From NCBI GenBank assembly GCA_964525635.1, contig CAZGJX010000031.1, forward strand, positions 1 to 38,067: a DNA stretch of 38,067 nt, read 5' to 3'. Below are positions 1 through 9,600 of this stretch, piece by piece. The notes under the pieces were generated by a model that worked only from the letters and a program-made list of their open reading frames with translations, ran no database searches and was not told where the DNA came from. The first letter of the stretch is position 1; each line of letters starts with the position of its first letter. This stretch comes from an uncultured archaeon. Its GTDB lineage: Archaea; Asgardarchaeota; Lokiarchaeia; Sigyniarchaeales; SOKP01. The translations under genes and the position numbers were made by a program.

Positions 1-295
1 CTTTAGAGTCTTTTTTTATAAGATTTAGAATTTTAGGTCTTATTTAATAATGAAAAAAGCAATATTTGATATTAATATGGAAAATTCAAAAAAACTTAAG
101 AAAGTCAAAATTAGGTTGTATTCTTTTATAGATATCCAGAAATTTATCTTCCAATTTAAAATAATTAATTAAAAGTACTTATGTAAATAACAAAGTGAAG
201 ATTATTTTTTATTACACAAATATATATATTTTACTTATATTACTATTTATAATAAATTTGACAAAAAAAATTCACTATATTTTTAAGGTTATCAA

Positions 296-3200
296 ATTAT
301 TTTAGAGAAAACTATAAAAGAACTAGGTTTTCCTATTATAGGAATTGGGGCTTCGGCAGGAGGTCTTAAAGCATTTGAGGAATTTTTTTCAAATATATCC
401 TCAGATACGGGTATGGCGTTTGTTTTAATACCTCATTTAGATCCAAACCATAAAAGTGCTTTAACCGATTTAATAAAACGATATACAAAGATGAATTGTA
501 TAGAAGTCAATGAAGGTATGATGATATCACCTAACCATGTTTATATTATTCCTCCCAATTTTTATATGGAAATAAAAGAGGGATTATTCTATCTCAAAAA
601 ACCTAATATCATTAGAGGATTGAGATTACCAATTGACTTCTTTTTCAGGTCATTAGCTTTAGAAAAAAAGGATCAAGCAATAGGAATTGTTCTTTCTGGA
701 ACAGGAACAGATGGTACACTTGGTATTAAGGAAATAAACGATAGTGGAGGATTGGCTATTATTCAAGATCCACAATCAGCAACATATGATGGGATGCCAA
801 AAAGCGTAATAATGAATGCTATTGCAGATTATGTCTTACCAGTGAATAAGATCCCTGAGATATTGATAAAATATATTAAACGTAAATTGAAATATAAAAA
901 AAAAAAAGCAGATAAAAAAGGTTTAGAGGTTCATGATTATCTCTCTGAAATATTTACTATTGTAAGTACAAAATTAAATCATGATTTCTCTTGTTATAAA
1001 GAAAATACAATGATCAGACGTATAGAGAGAAGAATGGTTATTAAACATATTAACAATATACATGATTATATTATTTATCTTCGTGAAAATCTAAACGAAA
1101 TTGAGGTCCTCTTTAAAGAATTGCTAATAGAGGTAACATATTTTTTCCGGGATAAAGAAGCATATGATATTTTGAGAACAAAAGTTATTCCTGAACTTTC
1201 TAAAGATTGTACTCAAAATAAAACAATTAAGATTTGGATTCCTGGATGCTCTACAGGAGAAGAACCATATTCATTAGCAATATTATTTCAAGAATATTTA
1301 GATAAGAATAATAAATCGTGTAAGATACAAATTTTTGGGACGGATATTGATGAGGTAGCAATAGAAAAGGCACGTAATGGAATATATCTAGATAATATTG
1401 CAGTTGATGTATCATCTGACCGTCTAAATAAATTTTTTATTGTGGAAGGTAATAATTTTAAAATAAAACCAATCATAAGGGAAAAACTAGTTTTTGCTGT
1501 GCAGGACGTTATAACAGATCCTCCTTTTTCAAATGTAGATTTGATTGTTTGCAGAAATTTATTGATTTATTTAAAACCAGATATCCAAAAAAAAATATTA
1601 ACATTGTTCCATTATTCTCTTAATTCTGATGGATATTTATTTTTAGGTAGCTCAGAATCTATAAGTAGTCTTTCTCAATTATTCATTGAAATTGACAGAA
1701 GATGGAAAATTTATCAACGTAAAAATGTTGCTCCTTTACTTTTAGGTTTATCAAGACCATTTCCCCCATTAACAAATTACAATTTAAAACCCAATAAACA
1801 AGAATATTTTAAGAGTTCAGATATAACAAACTATAAGGATTTGATGGAGGAATTCTTAATAAAAACATATACTCCTCCTTCTGTATTGGTGAATGAAAAA
1901 GGAGATATTTTATATATTCATGGAAAAGTTAATTCCTATCTTGAATTACCAGAGGGAGAGGCAAAAATGAATATATTTGACATGGCAAGGGATAATTTAA
2001 AAATACACTTAGCATCAGGCATAAGAAAAATAAAAAAATCTAATAAACCAATAATATACGAAAATTTATCAATTAGATTGAATGGAAGTATTATTAGATT
2101 TAATCTAATGTTATCACCAATTAATCAACTCAGCTCATTCAATGGTTTAATCATGATAACAGTTATAGAATTAACTCCTGATCTAATTGCAGAAGAGGAA
2201 TCAGTAGTTATTGATATAAATGATCCTATTATAGAAGTTAGAGTTAAGGAATTAGAGGAAGAATTGCTCTCCACAAAACAATACCTTCATACAATAATTG
2301 AAGAATTTGAGACAACTAATGAAGAATTAGAATCAACAAATGAAGAATTACAATCATCTAATGAAGAACTACAGAGTACAAACGAAGAAATACATACTTC
2401 TAAAGAAGAACTTCAATCCTTAAATGAGGAATTAACTACTGTTAATTCAGAGCTTGAAGCTAAAATAACAGAATTATCAGAGGTTAATTCAGATTTATCT
2501 AATTTCATTTCAAGCACTGATATTGCTACTCTCTTCATAGATGAAAATTTTATGATCCAACGGTTTTCTCCAAATATAAAAGAAATTTTAAATATTATAG
2601 AAACAGATATTGGACGCCCTATAGAACACATCTCATCAAATCTCCAATATGATACCTTAGTTCAAGATGCTAAAGAAGTCCTTAAAAAATTAATTATATT
2701 AGAAAAAGATGTTCAAACAAAAGATAATCAATGGTATAGTATGCGTATAATTCCATACAGGACAATTTACAACGTTATTTGTGGAGTTGTTATAACATTA
2801 TTTAATATTTCTGACAGAAAAAAAATAGAAGAAGAAAAGATAGAAACTATACTTTTTGCTGAAAATATTGTAGAGACAACCAGAACACCATTAGTTGTCA
2901 TAGATAGTAACCTGAAGGTTATTAAAGTAAATTCAGCATTTTGTCAGTTATTTCAAGTTGATAAAAAAGAAACAGAAAATAATTTTATTTTCGAATTAGG
3001 AAATAAACAATGGGATATCCCAAAATTGCGTGAAATCCTAGATAAAATTAGTAAAACTCATTCAATAATTAAAGATTTTGAAGTAGATCATAATTTTGAA
3101 AAGATTGGAAAAAGAACTATGCTTCTAAATGCTAAAGAATTAATAAGAAAAGAAAGTTCATTAATATTAATATCCATTGAAGATATAACAGAAAAAAAGG

Positions 3201-3940
3201 TCGCTAATGATAAATTGATTGAATCAAGAGAATTGTTTAAAGATGCCTACCAAAAGGTAGAATTTTATAAAGATATTTTTATTCATGATATAAATAATAT
3301 TCTACAAGTTATACTTAGTTCTAGCGAACTAATTAAAAGGATCCCAAAAAGTCCTGAAACATATGAGAAAGTAATAGAAATGAATGATATGATTTTAAAA
3401 CAAATTAAAAATGGTAGAAATTTAGTAAAAAATATTTCACTATTATCTCAGATAGATCAAATTGGAGGAAAAAAATATCTTTCCCAAGTATCTACTTTAA
3501 TTGATAAGAGTATTGAAGATGTAAGAAATTCATTTCCTAATAGAAAGATTGATTTTAATCTCAATTATAGTAATAGAGAGTTACAAGGATATATTAATGA
3601 TTTATTATATAATGCAATAGAGAATATACTTATTAATTCAATCAAACATAGTGATAAAGACTCTATTCAGATTAATATTAAAGTTACTAAAGAGGAAATT
3701 CAAAATGTTAATTATATTAAAATCGGGATTGAAGATAATGGTCCAGGAATATCAGATGATCTAAAAAATCTAATTTTCAAAAATAAAATTAAATTCAGTG
3801 AAGTAGGTTTGGGAATGGGATTGTATATAGTGAAAAAAATAATTGAAAGTATAAATGGAAAGATTTTTATTAAAAATCGAGTTAAAAACGATTATTCTAA
3901 AGGATTAAATACTATAATATTATTAAGAGAAGAGGAATAA
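296..3940 (+). CDS. CheB methylesterase / CheR methyltransferase / coiled coil / PAS / histidine kinase fusion protein
   Basis: The frame is open from 287 (TAA at 284-286). The CheB motif FPIIGIGASAGG lies upstream of the track's ATG at 413, so the start is placed tentatively at ATT 296 (or 299). Other motifs: CheB GIVLSGTGTDG; CheR IWIPGCSTGEEPYS, FGTDID, DLIVCRNLLIY, GYLFLGSSE; EELxSxN heptads; two PAS-like regions; H-box FIHDINNILQ; N-box ENILINSIKH; G-boxes IEDNGPGI and GLGMGLYIV. Confidence 0.92.
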   Translation: MILEKTIKELGFPIIGIGASAGGLKAFEEFFSNISSDTGMAFVLIPHLDPNHKSALTDLIKRYTKMNCIEVNEGMMISPNHVYIIPPNFYMEIKEGLFYLKKPNIIRGLRLPIDFFFRSLALEKKDQAIGIVLSGTGTDGTLGIKEINDSGGLAIIQDPQSATYDGMPKSVIMNAIADYVLPVNKIPEILIKYIKRKLKYKKKKADKKGLEVHDYLSEIFTIVSTKLNHDFSCYKENTMIRRIERRMVIKHINNIHDYIIYLRENLNEIEVLFKELLIEVTYFFRDKEAYDILRTKVIPELSKDCTQNKTIKIWIPGCSTGEEPYSLAILFQEYLDKNNKSCKIQIFGTDIDEVAIEKARNGIYLDNIAVDVSSDRLNKFFIVEGNNFKIKPIIREKLVFAVQDVITDPPFSNVDLIVCRNLLIYLKPDIQKKILTLFHYSLNSDGYLFLGSSESISSLSQLFIEIDRRWKIYQRKNVAPLLLGLSRPFPPLTNYNLKPNKQEYFKSSDITNYKDLMEEFLIKTYTPPSVLVNEKGDILYIHGKVNSYLELPEGEAKMNIFDMARDNLKIHLASGIRKIKKSNKPIIYENLSIRLNGSIIRFNLMLSPINQLSSFNGLIMITVIELTPDLIAEEESVVIDINDPIIEVRVKELEEELLSTKQYLHTIIEEFETTNEELESTNEELQSSNEELQSTNEEIHTSKEELQSLNEELTTVNSELEAKITELSEVNSDLSNFISSTDIATLFIDENFMIQRFSPNIKEILNIIETDIGRPIEHISSNLQYDTLVQDAKEVLKKLIILEKDVQTKDNQWYSMRIIPYRTIYNVICGVVITLFNISDRKKIEEEKIETILFAENIVETTRTPLVVIDSNLKVIKVNSAFCQLFQVDKKETENNFIFELGNKQWDIPKLREILDKISKTHSIIKDFEVDHNFEKIGKRTMLLNAKELIRKESSLILISIEDITEKKVANDKLIESRELFKDAYQKVEFYKDIFIHDINNILQVILSSSELIKRIPKSPETYEKVIEMNDMILKQIKNGRNLVKNISLLSQIDQIGGKKYLSQVSTLIDKSIEDVRNSFPNRKIDFNLNYSNRELQGYINDLLYNAIENILINSIKHSDKDSIQINIKVTKEEIQNVNYIKIGIEDNGPGISDDLKNLIFKNKIKFSEVGLGMGLYIVKKIIESINGKIFIKNRVKNDYSKGLNTIILLREEE
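2300..2446 (+). repeat. Seven imperfect 21-nt coding repeats (EELxSxN coiled-coil heptads)
   Basis: Units start GAAGAA/GAGGAA every 21 nt (gaagaatttgagacaactaat, gaagaattagaatcaacaaat, gaagaattacaatcatctaat ...), in frame within the CheB/CheR fusion. Confidence 0.85.
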
Positions 3941-4035
3941 CATTACTAATAATATTCATAATAGAGGATAATTAAAAAAAAATAAATATTATTTTACTAT
4001 TTTTCAGAGTATTTATTACCAAACATTTGTACTAT

Positions 4036-6357
4036 TTATGGTGGCGGTGGTGGCGGTAGTGTCGGTATTACACCAACATAATATTGAGCAATCAATAGGG
4101 CATCTACGATATTAATCACACCATCTAAATTGACATCTGCTTGTTCTTGATATATTGGTGAAGGAAGTCCTACAACATATTGAGCGACCAGTAATGCATC
4201 TACAATATCAACATTATTATCATGATTTACATCACCAAGTGGAAAATCAGGTGGAACTGCATTAGGTACCCAGACACCATTTAAATACTCCCACATTAAC
4301 TGTCCCCAGTCTGAACCTTTTACGTTTGGATCACTCTTTATTGAACCCCAATCATCACCAAATATCCATCCCAAAAAGCCAATATTCTTTTCTTCCATAT
4401 AAGACATAAGTAACTCTCCATATGTTCTATCCCCTGTATCAAATAAGGGGTAAGACCATTCTGTATTAATTACTGGACCATAACCTTCATTAACGATATA
4501 TCCAAAATGTTCATCCCATGATTCATATGTCCACGTATCACCAACCTTATAAGCCTGAGGATAGGGATGGACAGAATATCCAACATTTGGACGATTTATT
4601 GGGCGATTCCTTAAATCAAAGGTTTGAGCCCAATTAACACCCGGAACAACACACGCGGTAGAAGCGGGATTGTACGATCTAATAATATCAATGATTTCCT
4701 CCGCCATAGGTGCCCAAGTCACCCAATCAGTAGTATGGGGTTCGTTGGTGATCTCCCAAATCAGATGTGACCATCCACCAAAACGTTGAGATATTATATG
4801 GAAAGCATCCTTAATATCTTCAAATTGTTCTAACTCTCCAGGACCAACTCCCCCTTCATGCCAAGGATCAAAAGATACATACATTCCACGATCGTATGCC
4901 CATTGTAAATAATCTTCAAAGGTAGCTAGATAAGTCTCCCGCTCTGTTTCGGATACATAATACCACCTGTCTATAATGAGTGGGAATCGAAGCATATTGC
5001 ACCTAAATTCATGTTTTAAATAATCAAAGTTTTCCTCAATGAACGATAAACTATCCGTAATTGCTAATCCCTTTGGAACAAAAAGTCTACCTTCTGCATC
5101 AAGCAGTTGATTACCTTGTATTTGCAATGGATTTACAAAGGATTGTTCAGATATACCACACCAGACAATCCTACTGAGACTATGAATATTACCATCTTTA
5201 TCGGTTACTGTAAGCGTTACAGGATATTTACCCGATGCTACATATGAATGTGTTTGTATTGATCCAGAACTAATTGTTCCATCTCCAAAGTCCCATTCAT
5301 AGCTAGTAATTTCCCCATCAGGATCATATGATTTCAAAAAATCATTAAGAGAATTAACAGCATCGAAGGTTACTATTTCACCAGTATTAGGTCTCTTAGA
5401 AGAGTAATCAAAAGATGCTCTCGGTATAGAGGGTCCGTACCAATCAATAGAGTCCATATAGAAAGAAAAGTTAAGAGGAGCGTTTATAGATATTTGAATA
5501 CCTATTTGCTGTGCCCATGTTGGATCCATATCAGAAGCAATAGAAACAGAAATCTCAGTCCACTGGTCTTTTGTAAGACCTCCATAATCCGTCCACCCAC
5601 CAAACCATTGTACTTGTGACCAATCAGAGGAGTGAGGCATCATATATGGTTGAACAAACTCAAGATCTACGCCTGATGGTACCCAGATATGGAAAAAAAC
5701 AGTCGAACCAGGGGAGATGAGAGGTAAACTCGAATCAAAACGAACATCTATAGTCCCTGCATTCTGAGCAGTTACATCGCACCGTAAAGAATTGCTCCCT
5801 GAGTAAGCTTCGGTCATATCATTAGTCAATGTTGCAGTTATTCCTGATTCACCAGATGAAGTGAATCCTTCCGTGGTACCATCTTCCCAATTAATCGGAG
5901 AATTATCAACAGGTTCAGGTAATCCTGATGGTTTAACACTTACACTTTGCGAACATGAGTCTGTTAATCCAACATTGTCAATTACTGTTAGTATTACTAC
6001 ATATTCTCCAATTGCTTGATATTGATGATATACATGGCTTCCAGAATCCGTGTTACCATCTCCGAAGTCCCATAAATAACTCTCTATATATCCATCTAGA
6101 TCATAGGATGTTAGGGCATAACAAGCAATCTCTCCACCAGCCTTCAATATATTTGGATAGACACGGAAACTTGCATAAGGTGCCAAATTGGGGGCACTCT
6201 GTTGTGGAATTGAAAGCAACTCCTCAATACTAGTATCCCTAGAAATATTTAAATACAAAAACTTACCTAGGGGAAAAGTAAATACAAGAGTAGAAAATAA
6301 AATAAGAGTTACAAGTCCTAATGAAATTACTTTATGTTTTTTTATATTTTTATTCAA
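4036..6357 (-). CDS. Secreted GH5-family glycoside hydrolase: signal/TM, PKD, CBM-like domain, PKD, GH5, C-terminal dockerin
   Basis: Hydrophobic N-terminus. Two PKD motifs (YLWDFGDG, YEWDFGDG) flank a beta-rich CBM-like region (INWEDGTTEGF...FYMDSIDW). GH5 acid/base WEITNEP (E539), HPY, nucleophile INTEW (E633). Duplicated Ca-binding loops GDVNHDNNVDIVDALL and ADVNLDGVINIVDALL from G708. TTG start with GTGA upstream. Confidence 0.9.
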   Translation of the reverse strand: MNKNIKKHKVISLGLVTLILFSTLVFTFPLGKFLYLNISRDTSIEELLSIPQQSAPNLAPYASFRVYPNILKAGGEIACYALTSYDLDGYIESYLWDFGDGNTDSGSHVYHQYQAIGEYVVILTVIDNVGLTDSCSQSVSVKPSGLPEPVDNSPINWEDGTTEGFTSSGESGITATLTNDMTEAYSGSNSLRCDVTAQNAGTIDVRFDSSLPLISPGSTVFFHIWVPSGVDLEFVQPYMMPHSSDWSQVQWFGGWTDYGGLTKDQWTEISVSIASDMDPTWAQQIGIQISINAPLNFSFYMDSIDWYGPSIPRASFDYSSKRPNTGEIVTFDAVNSLNDFLKSYDPDGEITSYEWDFGDGTISSGSIQTHSYVASGKYPVTLTVTDKDGNIHSLSRIVWCGISEQSFVNPLQIQGNQLLDAEGRLFVPKGLAITDSLSFIEENFDYLKHEFRCNMLRFPLIIDRWYYVSETERETYLATFEDYLQWAYDRGMYVSFDPWHEGGVGPGELEQFEDIKDAFHIISQRFGGWSHLIWEITNEPHTTDWVTWAPMAEEIIDIIRSYNPASTACVVPGVNWAQTFDLRNRPINRPNVGYSVHPYPQAYKVGDTWTYESWDEHFGYIVNEGYGPVINTEWSYPLFDTGDRTYGELLMSYMEEKNIGFLGWIFGDDWGSIKSDPNVKGSDWGQLMWEYLNGVWVPNAVPPDFPLGDVNHDNNVDIVDALLVAQYVVGLPSPIYQEQADVNLDGVINIVDALLIAQYYVGVIPTLPPPPPP

Positions 6358-6626
6358 TTTTAATCACTTATTTTAAAATTTTATAGCTTATTTTAAAATT
6401 TGGTATTTTATTTTTGGTTTTTTTATATATAATTAATATTTATAATTAGGATCTTTTAGTAAATCAAGCATTTAAGCTTTTCGCTTTTGTCATGGGAGAT
6501 ATAGGAAATCTATATATATAAGATTTTCATTATGATCATTCAACTGCTTTTATTTTTTAAAAAAAAGATAACAAATTTAAATCTAAAATTAAATTTAATA
6601 AAAATTATTGGGAGATATAAAGAAAA
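6358..6626. promoter_or_regulatory. Shared divergent promoter region of the two dockerin-bearing hydrolases
   Basis: 15-nt direct repeat CTTATTTTAAAATTT at 6367-6381 and 6387-6401. TA run at 6511-6520 inside the inverted repeat AAATCT/AGATTT (6506-6526). TGGGAGATATA at 6493-6503 and 6609-6619, the second copy serving as RBS for the ATG at 6627. Confidence 0.5.
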
Positions 6627-9600
6627 ATGAAGAATTCTCGCGTTTTTTTCGTTAAAAAAGTTAAAATTCTATTAATGTTATTAATTTTAGTCTTTCCATT
6701 AATATCATTTTTAGGAAATTCAGTAAATAGAACTATAATAGATAATCAGGCAATAAGAAATAATGCATGGCAAGATATCCCTCTAACTGATGAAAATGGA
6801 GGACCATTGTATAATTATGCAACTGCTTGCGCACGAACCATTTTATTTTATGATGCTAATCGATGTGGACATAATCAGGGCGAAAATCGCTTAAATTGGA
6901 GGGGTGATTGTCATTTAAATGATTCAGTAACGTTAGCTTTAACTGACGGATCAATCGTTACGATAGATTTAACAGGGGGTTATCATGATGCTGGAGATCA
7001 TATTAAATTTGGTATAACCCAAGCGTATTCAGCTTCTACATTGGGATGGGGATTGTATGAGTTCCGGGAACAATTTGATGTAATGGGTCAAGCAGATGAA
7101 TTATTAAGAGCAATTAAATATCAGACAGATTATTATTTTAAGTGCCATCCAGAGCCTAATACATTTGTCTATCATGTTGGTTCAGAAAATGATCATTCGA
7201 TCTGGGCACCTCCTGAATTACAATTGGATAAAGATAGTCCAAGAGATGTATCTTACTGTAATCCTGATAATCCAGCATCAGATGTTTGCGGATCTGCTGC
7301 TGCTTGCTTAGCATTGATGTATTTAAATTATCAATCAATTGATTTAGAATATGCTGAGAATTGTTTACAACATGCAATCGACCTTTATAATTTAGGGAAA
7401 AATTATCAGGGTTTAAGTGATGGATATGGTTTTTATCCCTCTTCTTCTTATTATGATGATTTAACTTGGGGTGCTACTTGGTTATATAAAGCAACGAATG
7501 ATATTTCATATCTTGATGATGTATTGGTCTTTATTTCTACTTTAGAAACAGATAATAACCTTGAGAATGGAATTCAATGGGTCAATTCTTGGACACATTG
7601 CTGGGATGTAGTATGGGGAGGAGCTTTTGTTGTTCTGGCAGAAATTACTGGTGATCCTTTGTATATTGATGTAGTTGAAGAAAATCTTGATTATTGGTCA
7701 TCTAATGGAATGGCTGAGACACCTGGAGGTTTGAAATATTTAAATGGTTGGGGTGTCTTACGCTATACAGCTGCTGAAGCTTTGATGGCACTGAGTTATG
7801 CCAAATATTCAAATAATAATTATTATCGAGATTTTGCAGCCAGTCAAATGAATTATATTTTGGGATCCAATCCAATTAATCGTTGTTATATAGTAGGTTT
7901 AGGTCCTAATAGTGCTCAACATCCTCATCATCGTGCAGCTCATGGTTCAGAAACTAATTCAATGGATGATCCTGAAACACATAAACATGTATTATATGGA
8001 GCTTTAGTGGGAGGACCAGGTATGGATGATCAACATAATGATGTAACTTCAGATTATGTACAAAATGAAGTGACTATTGATTACAATGCAGCAATTGTAG
8101 GTGCTCTTGCGGGAATGCAGATGTTTTTTGCTCCAGAACAAATTCCTGAACCTGATCCAGAACCAGAACCAGAAATTGAAGAAAATTATATTATGTCAAA
8201 AATTATAACAGATGATAATCAAGGAATTCAAGTATCTTGCTTTATCAATAATCATGCTATCCATCCACCACGTTATGATGATACATTATCTTATCGATAT
8301 TTCATTAATTTGACAGGGATTTATCACTTAGGTTATTCAATAGATAATATTATACCTGTCGTATATTATATTGAAGGAAATGCTGCTGATGTATCAGACC
8401 TTCAGGTATTTGACGATGTGAATCATATCTATTTTATAGAATTAAACTATGAAGGTCATGCTTTTTATGGCGATCTTGAAGTACAATTTGGATTTATCTT
8501 TCGATCAATAGATAATATGGAAATTTTTGATTCATCATATGATTTCTCTCGTATTGGGATGACTGAAACTTTAGCAAAAAATTATCGTATTCCTATGTAT
8601 CGTAATGGTGAATTATTATGGGGATTTGAGCCAGTAGATGATAATATTCCTCCTGATTCTCCTACAGGTCTTACAGCTATTGCACTTAATCCAACTCAAA
8701 TCTCTCTTGATTGGAATGATAATATTGAGATGGATGTGATAAAATATCGTGTTTATCGAAGTGTAGTTGAGAATTTTGATCCTCAAATATCAAATCTAAT
8801 TGGTCAATGCACCACTAGCCAGTGTTTAGATGAAAATTTAACTCCTTTAACAACTTATTATTATAAAGTAACTGCCGTTGATTATGGAAATAATGAAGGA
8901 ACATATTCGGAAGAAGCTAATGCTAGAACTCTGACACCCGATGATATTCCCCCAGCAGCACCTCAAAATATTATCGCCACACCAATTAGTGCGTATCAAA
9001 TCAATCTAAAATGGAATGATAATATTGAGAATGATTTTCTTAAATATCGGGTTTATCGGAGTTTAATAGATGGATTTATTCCTTCTGTTGATAATCTTGT
9101 TGTCGAAACTATATCGAGTTCTTATTCAGATCAAAGGTTAAATCCAGAAACAACGTACTATTATAAAGTTAGTGCAGTTGATTCAAGTGGAAATGAATCT
9201 CCTCTCTCGGAGCAAGTTAGTGCAACAACACAGGCGCGTATAATTGCATTAAGAGCTCAATATAAATGTGGTAATACGGAGGATTCAACCTACGATATTC
9301 GATTTGAAGTCAACATTTACAATGATGGAGATGAAACATTAACTCTCTCTGATATCACATTTCGATATTGGTTTACTTCTGAATCACTAATAAATACAAT
9401 TCAATATGCATGTGATTATGCAGATCTTGATAATAGTAATATAATAGCAGATTTTGGAACTATAAATAATATTGATTATCTAGAAATTGGAATTCTGTCT
9501 ACAGCTATAGTTGCGTCTTGGAACGGTGGTGATGGTAAAACTAATACACTTCCATCTAATGCAAACATTGGTAATGTACAAAATCGAATTTCATGTTATG

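Noticed and set aside
2300-2446. 21-nt periodic repeats as a CRISPR array or VNTR
   Set aside because: They are in-frame coiled-coil heptads with synonymous variation and no spacers.
6493-6619. Actinobacterial CelR/CebR box (TGGGAGCGCTCCCA)
   Set aside because: Only the TGGGAG half matches, and one copy is simply the RBS.
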